Origin: an uncultured delta proteobacterium
Lineage (GTDB): Bacteria > Desulfobacterota > Desulfuromonadia > Geobacterales > DSM-12255
Direction: 5' to 3'
Assembly: GCA_963787125.1 (NCBI GenBank)
Contig: CAWBBV010000012.1
Location: 192,001 to 256,000 of the forward strand
DNA: 64,000 nucleotides
This document shows positions 19,730 to 29,573 of the stretch, piece by piece. The notes under the pieces are model-generated. The model did not search any database. It was not told where the DNA came from and saw only the letters and a program-made list of their open reading frames with translations. Position 1 is the first letter of the stretch. The number at the start of each line of letters is the position of its first letter. The translations under genes were made by a program, and so were the position numbers.

Positions 19730-20776
19730 CTAAACCATTTCAACAACTTCTTTGCCATGTTCGCACTTGGCGACTTCACCGATGATATAAGCATTTTCGT
19801 TTAACCCTGAGAGCCTGATAAGGATGTCATCAGTCTGCTCTGCAGGTACTACGAGCACCATGCCGATACCGCAGTTGAGGGTGCGGTGCATCTCAGCCTC
19901 TTCAATATTGCCTGCGTGTTGCAGGATGTTAAAAATGGGCAGAAGTGGCCAGGTACCTTTGCGAACAATCGCCTTACAGCCATGGGGAAGAACGCGGGGA
20001 ATGTTCTCCAGAAGGCCGCCGCCGGTTATATGGGCAATACCGTTGATTTTGAAATCACGCAGAAGGTTCAGAATTGATTTGACATAAATTCTTGTCGGGG
20101 TAAGGAGCTCATCGGCTACTGTTTTACCTGTTTCTGCAAGGATACTGTCGATACCTAACCCCATCCGTTCGAAAATAACTTTTCTGGCGAGTGAGTAGCC
20201 GTTTGAATGCAGACCTGAGGAAGCAATCCCGATGAGGTTATTGCCAACAGTTATAGATGACCCGTCAATAAGATTGTCCCTCTCAACAACGCCGACAGTA
20301 AAACCGGCAATATCATATTCGCCTTCTGCATAAAACCCTGGCATTTCGGCAGTCTCACCGCCGATAAGTGCGCAACCGGCCTGAATACAGCCTTGAGCGA
20401 TCCCCTTTACTATATCTGCAGCTTTTGCTGGATCAAGTTTCCCTGTTGCCAGATAGTCGAGAAAGAAGAGCGGTTCTGCTCCCTGGACAATGATATCGTT
20501 GACACACATGGCAACAAGATCAATGCCGACAGTTTCATGGCGGTCTGCCATGAATGCCAGCTTCAATTTTGTGCCGACACCGTCAGTGCCGGAGACAAGA
20601 ACAGGGTTCTTGTATTTGGAACTGTTAAGGGAAAAAAGTCCACCAAAACCGCCAATGTCAGCCATGACTTCGGGACGGGAGGTAGCCTTGACAAAAGGCT
20701 TTATCATTTTCACGAAACTGTTGCCGGCATCAATGTCAACACCAGAATCCTTATAGGTAATGCGCTCTTCGCTCAA
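19730..20776 (-). CDS. purM: AIR synthase
   Basis: [28 protein letters not shown] start at 20776 with GGAGG RBS. Confidence 0.97.
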   Translation of the reverse strand: MSEERITYKDSGVDIDAGNSFVKMIKPFVKATSRPEVMADIGGFGGLFSLNSSKYKNPVLVSGTDGVGTKLKLAFMADRHETVGIDLVAMCVNDIIVQGAEPLFFLDYLATGKLDPAKAADIVKGIAQGCIQAGCALIGGETAEMPGFYAEGEYDIAGFTVGVVERDNLIDGSSITVGNNLIGIASSGLHSNGYSLARKVIFERMGLGIDSILAETGKTVADELLTPTRIYVKSILNLLRDFKINGIAHITGGGLLENIPRVLPHGCKAIVRKGTWPLLPIFNILQHAGNIEEAEMHRTLNCGIGMVLVVPAEQTDDILIRLSGLNENAYIIGEVAKCEHGKEVVEMV

Positions 20777-20906
20777 AATCTGCCTCCTCTGAATTGACGG
20801 AAAAATATATGCCATTACACTATGAAAGTCAAATCATTCCAACCGCCACACTGACAACCATTAAGCAGTTTACTTGTGATCCGGCATCGCATATTATCCG
20901 GGGCAT

Positions 20907-21362
20907 ATGACTGCGATCTTAACTGAAATACTCATTTGCCCGATGACCCTGGAAGATATTGACCAGATTCTGGCAATAGAAAACAAGTCGTTTCCCCGCC
21001 CCTGGTTAAGGCAGCACTTCATCGACGAACTCAACTCTCCCCATGCATTTCCACTCTCAGCCTTCGACTCTTCAGGCAGGCTAATCGGCTATATCTGCCC
21101 AATGCAGCTCCTCGACGAAGGCCATATTCTTGATGTTGCCGTCGATCCCGACCTCCGTGGCAGCGGTGTTGGACGACTTCTGGTACAGCAGGTTATTGAT
21201 AATTGTCGCTCTGCCGGGGCTGAATTCGTCTCCCTGGAGGTGAGAGGTTCAAATCTGCCGGCCATATCCCTTTATAAAAAAATCGGTTTTATCGAAACAG
21301 GGAGAAGAAAACGCTACTACGAAAATGGTGAGGATGCGCTGATGATGGAATTCCTGCTTTAA
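20907..21362 (+). CDS. rimI: ribosomal-protein-alanine N-acetyltransferase
   Basis: GNAT motifs RGSGVG, LEVRGSN, RKRYYENGEDA. Confidence 0.92.
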   Translation: MTAILTEILICPMTLEDIDQILAIENKSFPRPWLRQHFIDELNSPHAFPLSAFDSSGRLIGYICPMQLLDEGHILDVAVDPDLRGSGVGRLLVQQVIDNCRSAGAEFVSLEVRGSNLPAISLYKKIGFIETGRRKRYYENGEDALMMEFLL

Positions 21363-21397
21363 CCTGCTGCGACTTTTATTAATAATGTTGCATGACT

Positions 21398-21438
21398 GAA
21401 AAAGCAAAGGCGACCAATCTGGCCGCCTTTGCTTTTTC
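21398..21438. terminator. bidirectional terminator
   Basis: GAAAAAGCAAAGGCG / CGCCTTTGCTTTTTC between convergent genes. Confidence 0.85.
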
Positions 21439-21444
21439 CATGGT

Positions 21445-22440
21445 TTAAAATGAGCCTAGAATAGTTTTAGCGCCTTTGCCGTGAGCTTTCAGTTCGCTGG
21501 ACCAGAGCGACTCGTTCTCCTTCTCAATCAAATCAACTTTCACCACCCCGCCAGGTACACCTTTCACCCGCCACATGCGCACCTTGGCTTCCGAACCCAT
21601 AGAGGCAAACTCAAGCAAATCTGCGTTGAACTTCCCGGCCGGCACTGTAACTTCAACACCTCTTTTTGACACCGACCCTTCGATGGATTCAGGAGTCAAC
21701 TGCATAGGTGCTGAATACCACCCTTCTGATACCGGCACCTCTGCAGCTTTACCTTCACCACTTTTTTGGCGCATGCGTCTGATCGACTGGCGTTCGGCAC
21801 TGAACAGAACTTCAAAGGCCATGGCATCATCCTTGCGGTCGCTATTCATGCGAATCTGCCACCATTCCTGCTTGTTATCGAGCTTGGCAAGGAAAGCCTT
21901 GCGCATGGTCATTTCATTTCGCTTGTCAGTGTGGAAGTCCCATTCTGTCCATTCACCAGGCTTGTAGGGAACAAGATCCATATTGTAGCCGTAGGCAGTG
22001 AACATTGACTGAAATATCATTGGATAGAGTGCTGTCATATACATCCCAGTTAGTTGTCCGCCGATATTAATATTGCTACTAACATTGACATTGGCGCTCA
22101 TTTCCACTGGTTTTCCCAACCTTGCGGGTAATGTTTTACCGGTATCAAGGGGCATGGTAACGCTGAAGCTTGCCGGCGTACGGTTTTGTGCCATGACGGT
22201 GATCATATGCACCCCGAGACTACCGAATTTAAGGGACGCGTTTCCATCTGTACCGGTCGTTGTTCTTTGTCCATCCGAAGATTCCACAATAGCTCCTGCA
22301 ATCGGCGCATTAACCTCATCCGTTACCTGCACGGTAACGCCGAAAAGTGGGATTGATGTAAGAGTTGAACAGGATGCAAGGAACATCACGGCATAAATTA
22401 ATACAAGAACCTTCAAAAATGATTGGCGTCTCTCCTTCAT
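21445..22440 (-). CDS. putative lipoprotein with carboxypeptidase-regulatory-like domain
   Basis: LASC lipobox; VTDEVNAPIAGAIV..TTGTDGNA; C-terminal VTVPAGKF motif. Confidence 0.75.
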   Translation of the reverse strand: MKERRQSFLKVLVLIYAVMFLASCSTLTSIPLFGVTVQVTDEVNAPIAGAIVESSDGQRTTTGTDGNASLKFGSLGVHMITVMAQNRTPASFSVTMPLDTGKTLPARLGKPVEMSANVNVSSNINIGGQLTGMYMTALYPMIFQSMFTAYGYNMDLVPYKPGEWTEWDFHTDKRNEMTMRKAFLAKLDNKQEWWQIRMNSDRKDDAMAFEVLFSAERQSIRRMRQKSGEGKAAEVPVSEGWYSAPMQLTPESIEGSVSKRGVEVTVPAGKFNADLLEFASMGSEAKVRMWRVKGVPGGVVKVDLIEKENESLWSSELKAHGKGAKTILGSF

Positions 22441-22728
22441 AGTTGATACCCCCTTAGTCTGAACTATCTGAGCTGATAGCTTGGTAACTGGCGTAATAAA
22501 AGTACGGCTGCTTTCACTACATCTCTTCATATAGCTATTATTTAATGATGATTCTTTGCGAACTATATAAGATTGGATTTCAATTTACAAGTGAGATTTT
22601 GAAACTGACTAACATGGTTTTATCATATTTTTTAAGCGTAAATACAGTGACTTACAGATGCCGTTGCTTTTGAAGCAGCACTCTGTTATATAAAAACGTC
22701 AAGCAATATCGATAAGGAGATCTCTTCC

Positions 22729-23544
22729 ATGCAGTTTCAATCACAAGTTCTCACAAACATAGAGGTTTCACCAGGCTATTTCAGGATGCGGATGACAGCT
22801 CCTCCAGCTGTTCTGAGTGCTTCAGCCGGGCAGTTTGTCATGGTCAAGGTCAGTAAGGCTATTGACCCGCTGCTGCGCCGCCCGTTCGGAATTTACGATA
22901 TGGGGACGTTCATCACTCCCTATACTGATAGTGGCCGGCAGACTTTTCTGGAGATTCTTTATAAAATAGTAGGTCGTGGTACCGGAATGCTCGCCGACCT
23001 TCATCAAGGTGACTATCTTGATATCATAGCTCCACTCGGTAAGGGTTTTTATCTCGGCGAAGATGAGGAAGAGAAAATTCTTATTGGTGGTGGTGTCGGC
23101 CTTGCGCCCCTCTATTTGCTGGCAAAAGAGCTTATAAAGGGGCAAAAAGTGCGCCTCTTTGCCGGGGGGAGGAGTAAGGAGGATGTTCTCTGCATTACCG
23201 AATTCGAGCGACTTGGTGTTGAAACCTATGTGGCAACGGACGATGGAACTTTAGGCGACAGGGGTCTTGTAACCCAGGTCATGATGAAGCACCTTGCAGA
23301 TGGAAATAAACCGAAGAGACTTTTTGCCTGCGGACCAATGCCGATGTTGCGTGCGGTAGCTGGAGTCGCCGAGGAAATGCAGGTCCCCTGTCAGGTTTCA
23401 CTGGAAGCTTTCATGGCCTGTGGTATGGGCGCCTGTCTTGGATGTGTTGTCAAAGGGGTCAATCATTCGATTGAAACGCCGGATTATCGCTGTGTCTGTA
23501 AGGATGGGCCGGTATTCGATTCAACTGATCTTTCCTGGGACTAA
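22729..23544 (+). CDS. pyrK: dihydroorotate dehydrogenase electron transfer subunit
   Basis: LRRPF, GGGVGLAP, ACGP, MACGMGACLGC, CKDGPVF. Confidence 0.95.
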   Translation: MQFQSQVLTNIEVSPGYFRMRMTAPPAVLSASAGQFVMVKVSKAIDPLLRRPFGIYDMGTFITPYTDSGRQTFLEILYKIVGRGTGMLADLHQGDYLDIIAPLGKGFYLGEDEEEKILIGGGVGLAPLYLLAKELIKGQKVRLFAGGRSKEDVLCITEFERLGVETYVATDDGTLGDRGLVTQVMMKHLADGNKPKRLFACGPMPMLRAVAGVAEEMQVPCQVSLEAFMACGMGACLGCVVKGVNHSIETPDYRCVCKDGPVFDSTDLSWD

Positions 23545-23581
23545 CTATAAATTGAATAAACCGTAGTAAGTGGAGTCAGAG

Positions 23582-24499
23582 ATGATAAAACCTGATATGT
23601 CAGTTGAAATAGCCGGAATAAAGATGCGCAATCCTGTCATGACCGCTTCCGGGACTTTTGGCTATGGAGAGGAGTTTGCAGAGTACATGGATCTGGAGTC
23701 AATTGGCGCCATGATAACCAAGGGCCTGTCACTTAAGCCGAAGGCCGGCAACAATACCCCGCGGATAGTCGAGACACCCGGCGGGATGTTGAATGCAATA
23801 GGCCTGCAAAATGTCGGCATAGAAGCATTTATAGCGAAAAAACTCCCTTTTCTGCGGGATGTAAAGACCCCGGTTATTGTCAATCTTTACGGTAACTCTC
23901 TGGAAGAGTACGGTGAACTGGCTGCCAGGATCGACGGTATCAATGAAGTGGCCGGGGTTGAGGTTAATATCTCCTGCCCGAATGTCAAACAGGGCGGAAT
24001 AGTTTTTGGCACAGACCCGTCTGCAGCTTCTCAGGTAGTGGCGCTTGTCAGAAAATCAACTTCAAAACCGCTGATAGTAAAGCTCTCACCGAACGTCACT
24101 GATATTGTCGTAATGGCAAAAGCCTGTGTTGATGCCGGAGCAGAAGCCCTCTCACTCATCAATACTCTTACTGGCATGGCGATTGACCTCAATTCCAGGC
24201 GGCCGGTTCTGGCAAACATCACCGGCGGGCTTTCCGGCCCGGCTATAAAACCTGTGGCACTGCGGATGGTCTGGCAGGTCGCCAGGGCGGTTAAAGTCCC
24301 TGTTATCGGCATAGGCGGAATAATGACAGCGACAGATGCTCTGGAATTCATCCTTGCGGGAGCAACAGCTGTGCAGGTGGGCACTGCCAACTTCCTGACC
24401 CCGGCGGCGTCTCAAGAGATAGCTGTCGGCATGGAAAAGTGGCTGGTTGAAAACAGGATAGGGAGTCTGAAGGAGCTGGTAGGAGCAGTCAAGTGCTGA
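23582..24499 (+). CDS. pyrD: dihydroorotate dehydrogenase family 1B
   Basis: [28 protein letters not shown]. Confidence 0.97.
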   Translation: MIKPDMSVEIAGIKMRNPVMTASGTFGYGEEFAEYMDLESIGAMITKGLSLKPKAGNNTPRIVETPGGMLNAIGLQNVGIEAFIAKKLPFLRDVKTPVIVNLYGNSLEEYGELAARIDGINEVAGVEVNISCPNVKQGGIVFGTDPSAASQVVALVRKSTSKPLIVKLSPNVTDIVVMAKACVDAGAEALSLINTLTGMAIDLNSRRPVLANITGGLSGPAIKPVALRMVWQVARAVKVPVIGIGGIMTATDALEFILAGATAVQVGTANFLTPAASQEIAVGMEKWLVENRIGSLKELVGAVKC

Positions 24500-24540
24500 C
24501 CGTCCTGAATTAAAACCGATTAAATCCATAAAAACCAGTC

Positions 24541-24570
24541 GGGTAGCTTCTTTTGAAGCTGCCTTTTTTA
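24541..24570 (+). terminator. terminator after pyrD
   Basis: GGTAGCTTC-tttt-GAAGCTGCC followed by a T-run. Confidence 0.75.
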
Positions 24571-25012
24571 TTGTCGGGGTTGAGGATCATTCGATCATGC
24601 GCGATTCATTCACTACTCATCGGCAAACCAGAGCCGCTAAAATACCTTTCATCCGGCACTTGGTCGAATTCACCTCAGGTCTGAAAGCCTGCAACTTAAA
24701 GATCTTTCTTTAACGACCTTCTTGCAGTCTTTCAAGCCTGACCTCATATGCTGTTCTTTATGCTTGACCTATCGATAACAAACGTATTAACCGTATTGTT
24801 ACCATCTGTATTGTTATTATAAACGAGGAAATGCGGGACAGATTTATTTTCCAACAACCCTGGACACCCGGCTTCCTTGCTCAATCCTCTGTCCAAGCCT
24901 TGCTGACCACGTTGCTTATATTTCAAACCATGTAAGCGCAAAGTTATTTGCAAACAGGGTCTTTATCGGCAATAATGACGACCTTGAAATTCTCTATCAT
25001 AAAGGGACGCGT

Positions 25013-25327
25013 ATGAAAATGTTCTTGGTAATTTTAGCGGTAGTGACGGTATTCGCATCCGGGTTAGCACAGGGAGCCGCGGTTTCGGGCAAAGAGCTGT
25101 TCGAAAGACATTGTTCCCGCTGTCATCCAGACGGCGGAAACATTATCGTGTCTGACAAGACTCTGCACAAAAAAGACCTGGACCGGCGAGGAATAACAGA
25201 TGCCTCAAAGGTCATGGCAGCGATGCAAAACGGCATTGATCAGAAAATGCCGGCATTCGAGACAAATGTTATTTCCAAAAAAGATGGCAAGGCTATAGCC
25301 GAGTACATTCTCGAAACCTTCAAGTAA
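25013..25327 (+). CDS. monoheme cytochrome c (c6-like)
   Basis: Signal peptide, GKELFERHCSRCH, KMPAF axial Met. Confidence 0.88.
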   Translation: MKMFLVILAVVTVFASGLAQGAAVSGKELFERHCSRCHPDGGNIIVSDKTLHKKDLDRRGITDASKVMAAMQNGIDQKMPAFETNVISKKDGKAIAEYILETFK

Positions 25328-25542
25328 TTGGTTGCCCCACAGTAAGCCTTGCCCGTTCGTGATAACTCGGTTATAGCGGTATCGCTGTGATTATTATTGC
25401 AAGTGGCTTATATAGAGATATTTCACGCACTGAAATCGCTGTTCGGTATCCCATTTATTCACTATTCAGTATCTTTTCCGTTAGTTCACTGTCGCACTTG
25501 ATGGCACCAAATATAGCCTGCCAGGAAAAAATCTGAGGGCTT

Positions 25543-25653
25543 AAATTCCGGGGACATAAATTCCGGGGACACCAAAATTCCGGGGACACCATACTTAATT
25601 CTCATTCCCTTTCAAAATTCCGGGGACACCATACTTAATTCTCATTCCCTTTC
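25543..25653 (+). repeat. four nested tandem copies of the RAYT left end
   Basis: AAATTCCGGGGACA at 25543, 25558, 25575, 25615; the last two extend as identical 40-mers. Confidence 0.95.
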
Positions 25654-26362
25654 GGTCCCGGCTTCCCCCGTCTCAAGGGCCGCTCAAGTGTCGTTTCCAG
25701 CTTTTCGATAAAACTCTCCCGGCCTAGCGGTCGACCGGTTCGCTCATGCTTACGGATGTCATCGATCAGGGATTCTTGTCCCGCTCCGTTGAGAAATAAC
25801 CGCCAGTCCCCGGCCATCTCCAAAAGGGGCGCTACCGTGACCAGTTCATCATCGCTTCCGGCCAGGTGTGCCCCGGCGCTGCTCCAAGGCCACTCAGCGG
25901 CGTCCTGCGCGAGTCCGGCGGCTATTGGATTCATCTCCACATAGCGGGCAGCAGCCAGAAGGTAATCTTCATCCATGGGAAATGATGCAAACCTGCCCTG
26001 CCAGAGATGGCCTCGCCAATTTTCACGGAAATTGATCAGTCGACTGTAGCGCCGGTGTGCCTCCCCGATACCACGGCGCAGGCTCTCCTCGCTTTCCGGA
26101 ACCGCAATAAGGTGGACATGGTTTGGCATCAGGCAGTAAGCCCAGATCGTTACACCGCACTTCCTGCACCAATCTCTCAGCAGGGCGAGATAGGCCATGT
26201 AGTCTTCATCGCTGAAGAAGGTCTGCATTCTCCGGTTGCCCCGCTGGGTAACATGGTGTGGGATGCCGGAGGCTATGACACGTGCGATTCTAGCCATGTG
26301 CGGACGCTAATGGAAGTGTCTTCACAAGTCAAGCTATAATTAAGTATGGTGTCCCCTGAATT
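25614..26362 (-). mobile_element. RAYT/Y1 HUH transposase element bounded by inverted repeats
   Basis: AATTCCGGGGACACCATACTTAATT (25616-25640) versus AATTAAGTATGGTGTCCCCTGAATT (26338-26362): 25 bp, 1 mismatch. Confidence 0.85.
25635..26297 (-). CDS. REP-associated tyrosine transposase (IS200-like Y1 superfamily)
   Basis: HHVTQRGN, YCLMPNHVHL (HUH), LWQGRF, YVEMNP, WPWSS. Confidence 0.93.
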   Translation of the reverse strand: MARIARVIASGIPHHVTQRGNRRMQTFFSDEDYMAYLALLRDWCRKCGVTIWAYCLMPNHVHLIAVPESEESLRRGIGEAHRRYSRLINFRENWRGHLWQGRFASFPMDEDYLLAAARYVEMNPIAAGLAQDAAEWPWSSAGAHLAGSDDELVTVAPLLEMAGDWRLFLNGAGQESLIDDIRKHERTGRPLGRESFIEKLETTLERPLRRGKPGPKGNEN

Positions 26363-26370
26363 ATGAATTA

Positions 26371-26660
26371 TGCATCCCATATACCCGCCGCATTTACAGC
26401 CATACCCTCTGGATGGTTTAGGGCTTTGAAGTTACGTGCCTTCTCGCCCGGATATGACTGCCTCTTATGCGATTTCTGTTCGTCGGGCCGGGACTTTGCC
26501 TGCGGCTTCCTTCAGATTCCGCCTCGCGACGGACACCCTTGCCGTCCGGCTAATGGTTCCCACCATCAGGGTCCATAGAGGACTTGCACCTCCAAGTCAC
26601 TGCTTGACCACCACAGTCAAACAGATGGCGCTTACGCGCCACGCGCCATGCTGGGCGCAC
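26371..26660 (-). ncRNA. group IIC intron 5' fragment (domain I only, no RT ORF)
   Basis: Minus strand starts GTGCGCCCAGCATGG and contains GAGGTGCAAGTCCTCT, GGCAAGGGTG, CGCGAGG, AATCTGAAGGAAGCCGCAGGCAAAG, as in class C introns; lies immediately after a hairpin. Confidence 0.85.
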
Positions 26661-26710
26661 ACGGGCCAAGGGTTCACCTGCTCTGGCAGGTGTAACCCGT
26701 TTGGTTATAC
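26661..26710 (-). other. attC-like site interrupted by the intron
   Basis: GTATAAC CAAAC GGGTT(A)CACCTGC caga GCAGGTGAACCC TTGGCCC GT then intron; gene stop lies inside the inverse core. Confidence 0.7.
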
Positions 26711-27172
26711 AACATCGCTGTAATATCTAAATTTAAGATCGGGGCAACCGTTATGACAAGAAAGTCCGGTATATCTACCAACTGGAATATCAAATTGTTG
26801 GAGTGTAGATTTCTTTTGGTTATCGAAACAATTACAACAAAGCTTATGAGCATTCTGCAACTTACCCACATAGTCATTAGCAATATAAGCAAAAACACCA
26901 GAAGCTATTTCTTTTCTAGTATATTGTTGTCGCTCGGCTCCCCAATCTTTCAGTTTCACACATTCTTGTTTAAGTTCTTCAATTTGTTGTTTCAGCGCCG
27001 TTTGCTCGTTTTGGGCCATCATGATCTGGCTTTGCGCGTCAATGATAGCTTTATTGAAATCAATCAACGTCTCTTGAGCCTTAGCAAAATCTCTGATATC
27101 AAGAAGCGTTTTTCCAAGGCCCATAGCGGTATTCAGGCTAGTTAATGCGAGGTTGAAATATGGGACAACCAT
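26705..27172 (-). CDS. integron-type cassette protein, coiled coil plus Cys-rich (putative Zn ribbon) C-terminus
   Basis: 155 aa, GGAGG RBS, CCNC...CHNGC; bounded by GTTATAC and GTATAAC. Confidence 0.8.
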   Translation of the reverse strand: MVVPYFNLALTSLNTAMGLGKTLLDIRDFAKAQETLIDFNKAIIDAQSQIMMAQNEQTALKQQIEELKQECVKLKDWGAERQQYTRKEIASGVFAYIANDYVGKLQNAHKLCCNCFDNQKKSTLQQFDIPVGRYTGLSCHNGCPDLKFRYYSDVV

Positions 27173-27206
27173 TTTGATGCCTCCTCATTTTCTTAATTCT
27201 TGATTT

Positions 27207-27267
27207 GTATAACGGTGGTGAGGCTGACCCCCGACCGTAGGAAGTGGGGTCGTGCCGAGAGTTGGAA
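27207..27267 (-). other. second, degenerate attC-like site
   Basis: TTCCAAC..GGC..GACCCC...GGGGTCAGCC TCACCACC GTTATAC. Confidence 0.55.
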
Positions 27268-27330
27268 CATCTCTTCCAAAATATGTCCCATGTCAGAGTC
27301 TGTCCCTCTGTTTTTACTTGTACTGCTCTT

Positions 27331-29178
27331 TCAATGGACATTGATCGCGGTAAGCGTCGTCGTAGAGCTACCTGCGCCGTATCCCTCGATATAGAGGATG
27401 CCGTTAGGAGACAGCGCGAGATTCCCTGCCGTCGGGTAGCTCCACACCACGTGGTGCGTGGACCGGTCGATCGCGTACGTCGAGAGATTCGTGCTCATGA
27501 TTACGGCGTTCTGTGAGAGCAAAACCTCGCTCACGAATTTCGTATCACCCGATGCCGGAGGCGTCCAAAACCAGATCAGCGTACCGTCAGCCTCGGAGCG
27601 CGCTTCCAAGCGAAGCGGATTGTTGTTAGCCGAGTATATGATTCCGCTGTCGTAGGCAGGCGTCGACGGATAGACACCTTTGATGGTCCAATCGACAGTG
27701 TTCGATAGTAGATTGAAGTGCACTAGCGAGTTGCCTATCGCTCCGCCGTTAAGAACGTTGTTGGCGTAAGTCGCGGCGAAAACTGAGTTGGCAGCCCCCA
27801 GCACCGCCGATCCGCCGATTTGGTAAATGTAGTTCTCGTATGTTGGGTTTGTGATGCTCGTCTTGAGCGTACCCAGGATCGGATCGAACACACGCAGGGC
27901 ATCACCAGTGTAGGCATACACCGAGCCGGAATCGACCGCTGGGGTCCAAGTGGACTGCTGTGAGGTCCCTGCGAAATACAGCTGGGTTCCCTGAAAATTA
28001 AGCGCGTACATCCCACCGTACGTGCCCGCGTTGGTATAGACTCCCGATGGCCCTACGGTGGGGGCGAGGTAGTTTTCCCACTGGGAGGACATGGCTGTTT
28101 GGAACAACTTGGAACCGGTCATGGCATCGAAGGCGTACATGTAGGTCGATGACTGCTGTCCGGCCGCCACGTAGACGATCCCGTTTCTGACGGCGGGCGG
28201 GTTCACAGACGGAAAAGACAACCCGCTGAAGCTAAAGCTCCACAGGGTGGCGCCGTCGTACTCGCTACGTGCAGTGACGGCATTGGCGCCTGCCATGTAG
28301 AATTTTCCGCCTTCCGTGGTCACCGTAGCCAGATTGAAATTGCTGTTGAAATAGAGGAACGCAGGGACCGAGATCTGCCAGCGCGTGTCGAACTGGTTGG
28401 GATCGAGCGTGACAGGCACATATCCCGTGTGGGCGGCATTGCCCTGGAACGTGGCCCATTCGGGGGCACCCTGGATTGACGACAGCACAGTCAAGTGATT
28501 GCCTGACCACGCACCGCCCGGGGCGAGGACATTGACCGTGTAATTTACCCACACGCTCGGCATCGCTTGAGACGTTGTGCAACCGGCATCCGTGTAAAGG
28601 TTCACAACAACCTGTCCGGTATGGAGGCCCGTGCTCGCGGAACTCAGGGTTGAGAGTTCAAGCACGTAGTTGCCGGCGCTGGCGTTCACCGTAACAGGCA
28701 CACAAAAAACGCCGCCCGCGTCACTGGCCTTGGCGTAGACCGTGCCACTGAGGCCCGTGGCTGCTGCATTGAGCGTCACGAGCGGAGAGACAGACGTACT
28801 GACCACCACCATCCTGGAAACGGCGACCACCGGCACTACGGTGAGGCGTACGTTGGTCGTTGTGGAACCGCCTGGTCCCGTAACCTTGATCGTATAATCA
28901 GCGGTTGCCGCGACTGCGACAGGCGTACCTGAAATGGAGCCAGTAGTCGCATCCAGTGCCAGACCGGCAGGCAGCGAAGGGGTCACACTGTACGATGTCG
29001 CCGTACCGGTGATGGTCGGCACCAACGACGAGATAGGTTGGTTCTCTCCGTAAACCTGGGGCGACATATACGACGCTTGCGGCGCTGCAAGATTGCTTGA
29101 AGAACCGCCTCCACCGCCGCCACACCCTGCTAAAATTACGGCGCAAATGATTGTCGCCCATAGGCTGATCGCTTTCAT
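27331..29178 (-). CDS. lipoprotein with putative Ig domain and PQQ-like beta-propeller
   Basis: LAGC lipobox with poly-Gly; LPAGLALDATTGSISGTP; WATFQGNAAHTG and repeated W-x-F blades; visibly GC-rich. Confidence 0.85.
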   Translation of the reverse strand: MKAISLWATIICAVILAGCGGGGGGSSSNLAAPQASYMSPQVYGENQPISSLVPTITGTATSYSVTPSLPAGLALDATTGSISGTPVAVAATADYTIKVTGPGGSTTTNVRLTVVPVVAVSRMVVVSTSVSPLVTLNAAATGLSGTVYAKASDAGGVFCVPVTVNASAGNYVLELSTLSSASTGLHTGQVVVNLYTDAGCTTSQAMPSVWVNYTVNVLAPGGAWSGNHLTVLSSIQGAPEWATFQGNAAHTGYVPVTLDPNQFDTRWQISVPAFLYFNSNFNLATVTTEGGKFYMAGANAVTARSEYDGATLWSFSFSGLSFPSVNPPAVRNGIVYVAAGQQSSTYMYAFDAMTGSKLFQTAMSSQWENYLAPTVGPSGVYTNAGTYGGMYALNFQGTQLYFAGTSQQSTWTPAVDSGSVYAYTGDALRVFDPILGTLKTSITNPTYENYIYQIGGSAVLGAANSVFAATYANNVLNGGAIGNSLVHFNLLSNTVDWTIKGVYPSTPAYDSGIIYSANNNPLRLEARSEADGTLIWFWTPPASGDTKFVSEVLLSQNAVIMSTNLSTYAIDRSTHHVVWSYPTAGNLALSPNGILYIEGYGAGSSTTTLTAINVH

Positions 29179-29258
29179 ACCTGCCCTCCCGTTTTCATTG
29201 ATTGTGATAATAAATTTTTCATTTCATCCAACTCGTACTTGATCAGACGACTTCTGGT

Positions 29259-29324
29259 ATATACATGTATATGCTTCCATCTACCTGTATATGCCGTCTC
29301 CAAGTTATCTACATGTATATGCTT
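29259..29324. repeat. three ~17-bp direct repeats ATMTACMTGTATATGC
   Basis: Copies at 29259, 29279, 29307; the first contains the palindrome ATATACATGTATAT. Confidence 0.75.
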
Positions 29325-29573
29325 TTCCAGGTCAAGCCTTTGAGTGACTCCCTTCATATTCAACTCAACAAGTACCGGATCTACATCAACTTTCAATTCG
29401 TAATTGAGTCTGCACTTCATACTCTCAATCACTCTCTTTACCATCTCTTTGCCAGCTTATGAATTCAGGCATCATCGATCAGCAGCTAGATGGTTCTAAT
29501 CGGCCTCTTCGGCCTTGATCTGTGGCAAAAACCTTGGAACTTACTTTACGTCTACTGCTAGCTGTAATTTAGA

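Noticed and set aside
24615..24700. c-di-GMP-I (GEMM) riboswitch suggested by GGCAAACC
   Set aside because: Lacks the GAAA loop and GACGCAAAGC continuation
24744..24953. 69-aa ORF
   Set aside because: No RBS or recognisable motif; may be a gene remnant but I cannot support it
25543..25653. CRISPR array
   Set aside because: No unique spacers, irregular period, no cas genes; the repeats are copies of the RAYT terminus
26363..26723. Short plus-strand ORFs of 71 and 95 aa
   Set aside because: Antisense to the group II intron RNA remnant
29175..29444. 89-aa ORF
   Set aside because: No recognisable family and overlaps a DNA repeat cluster; left uncalled
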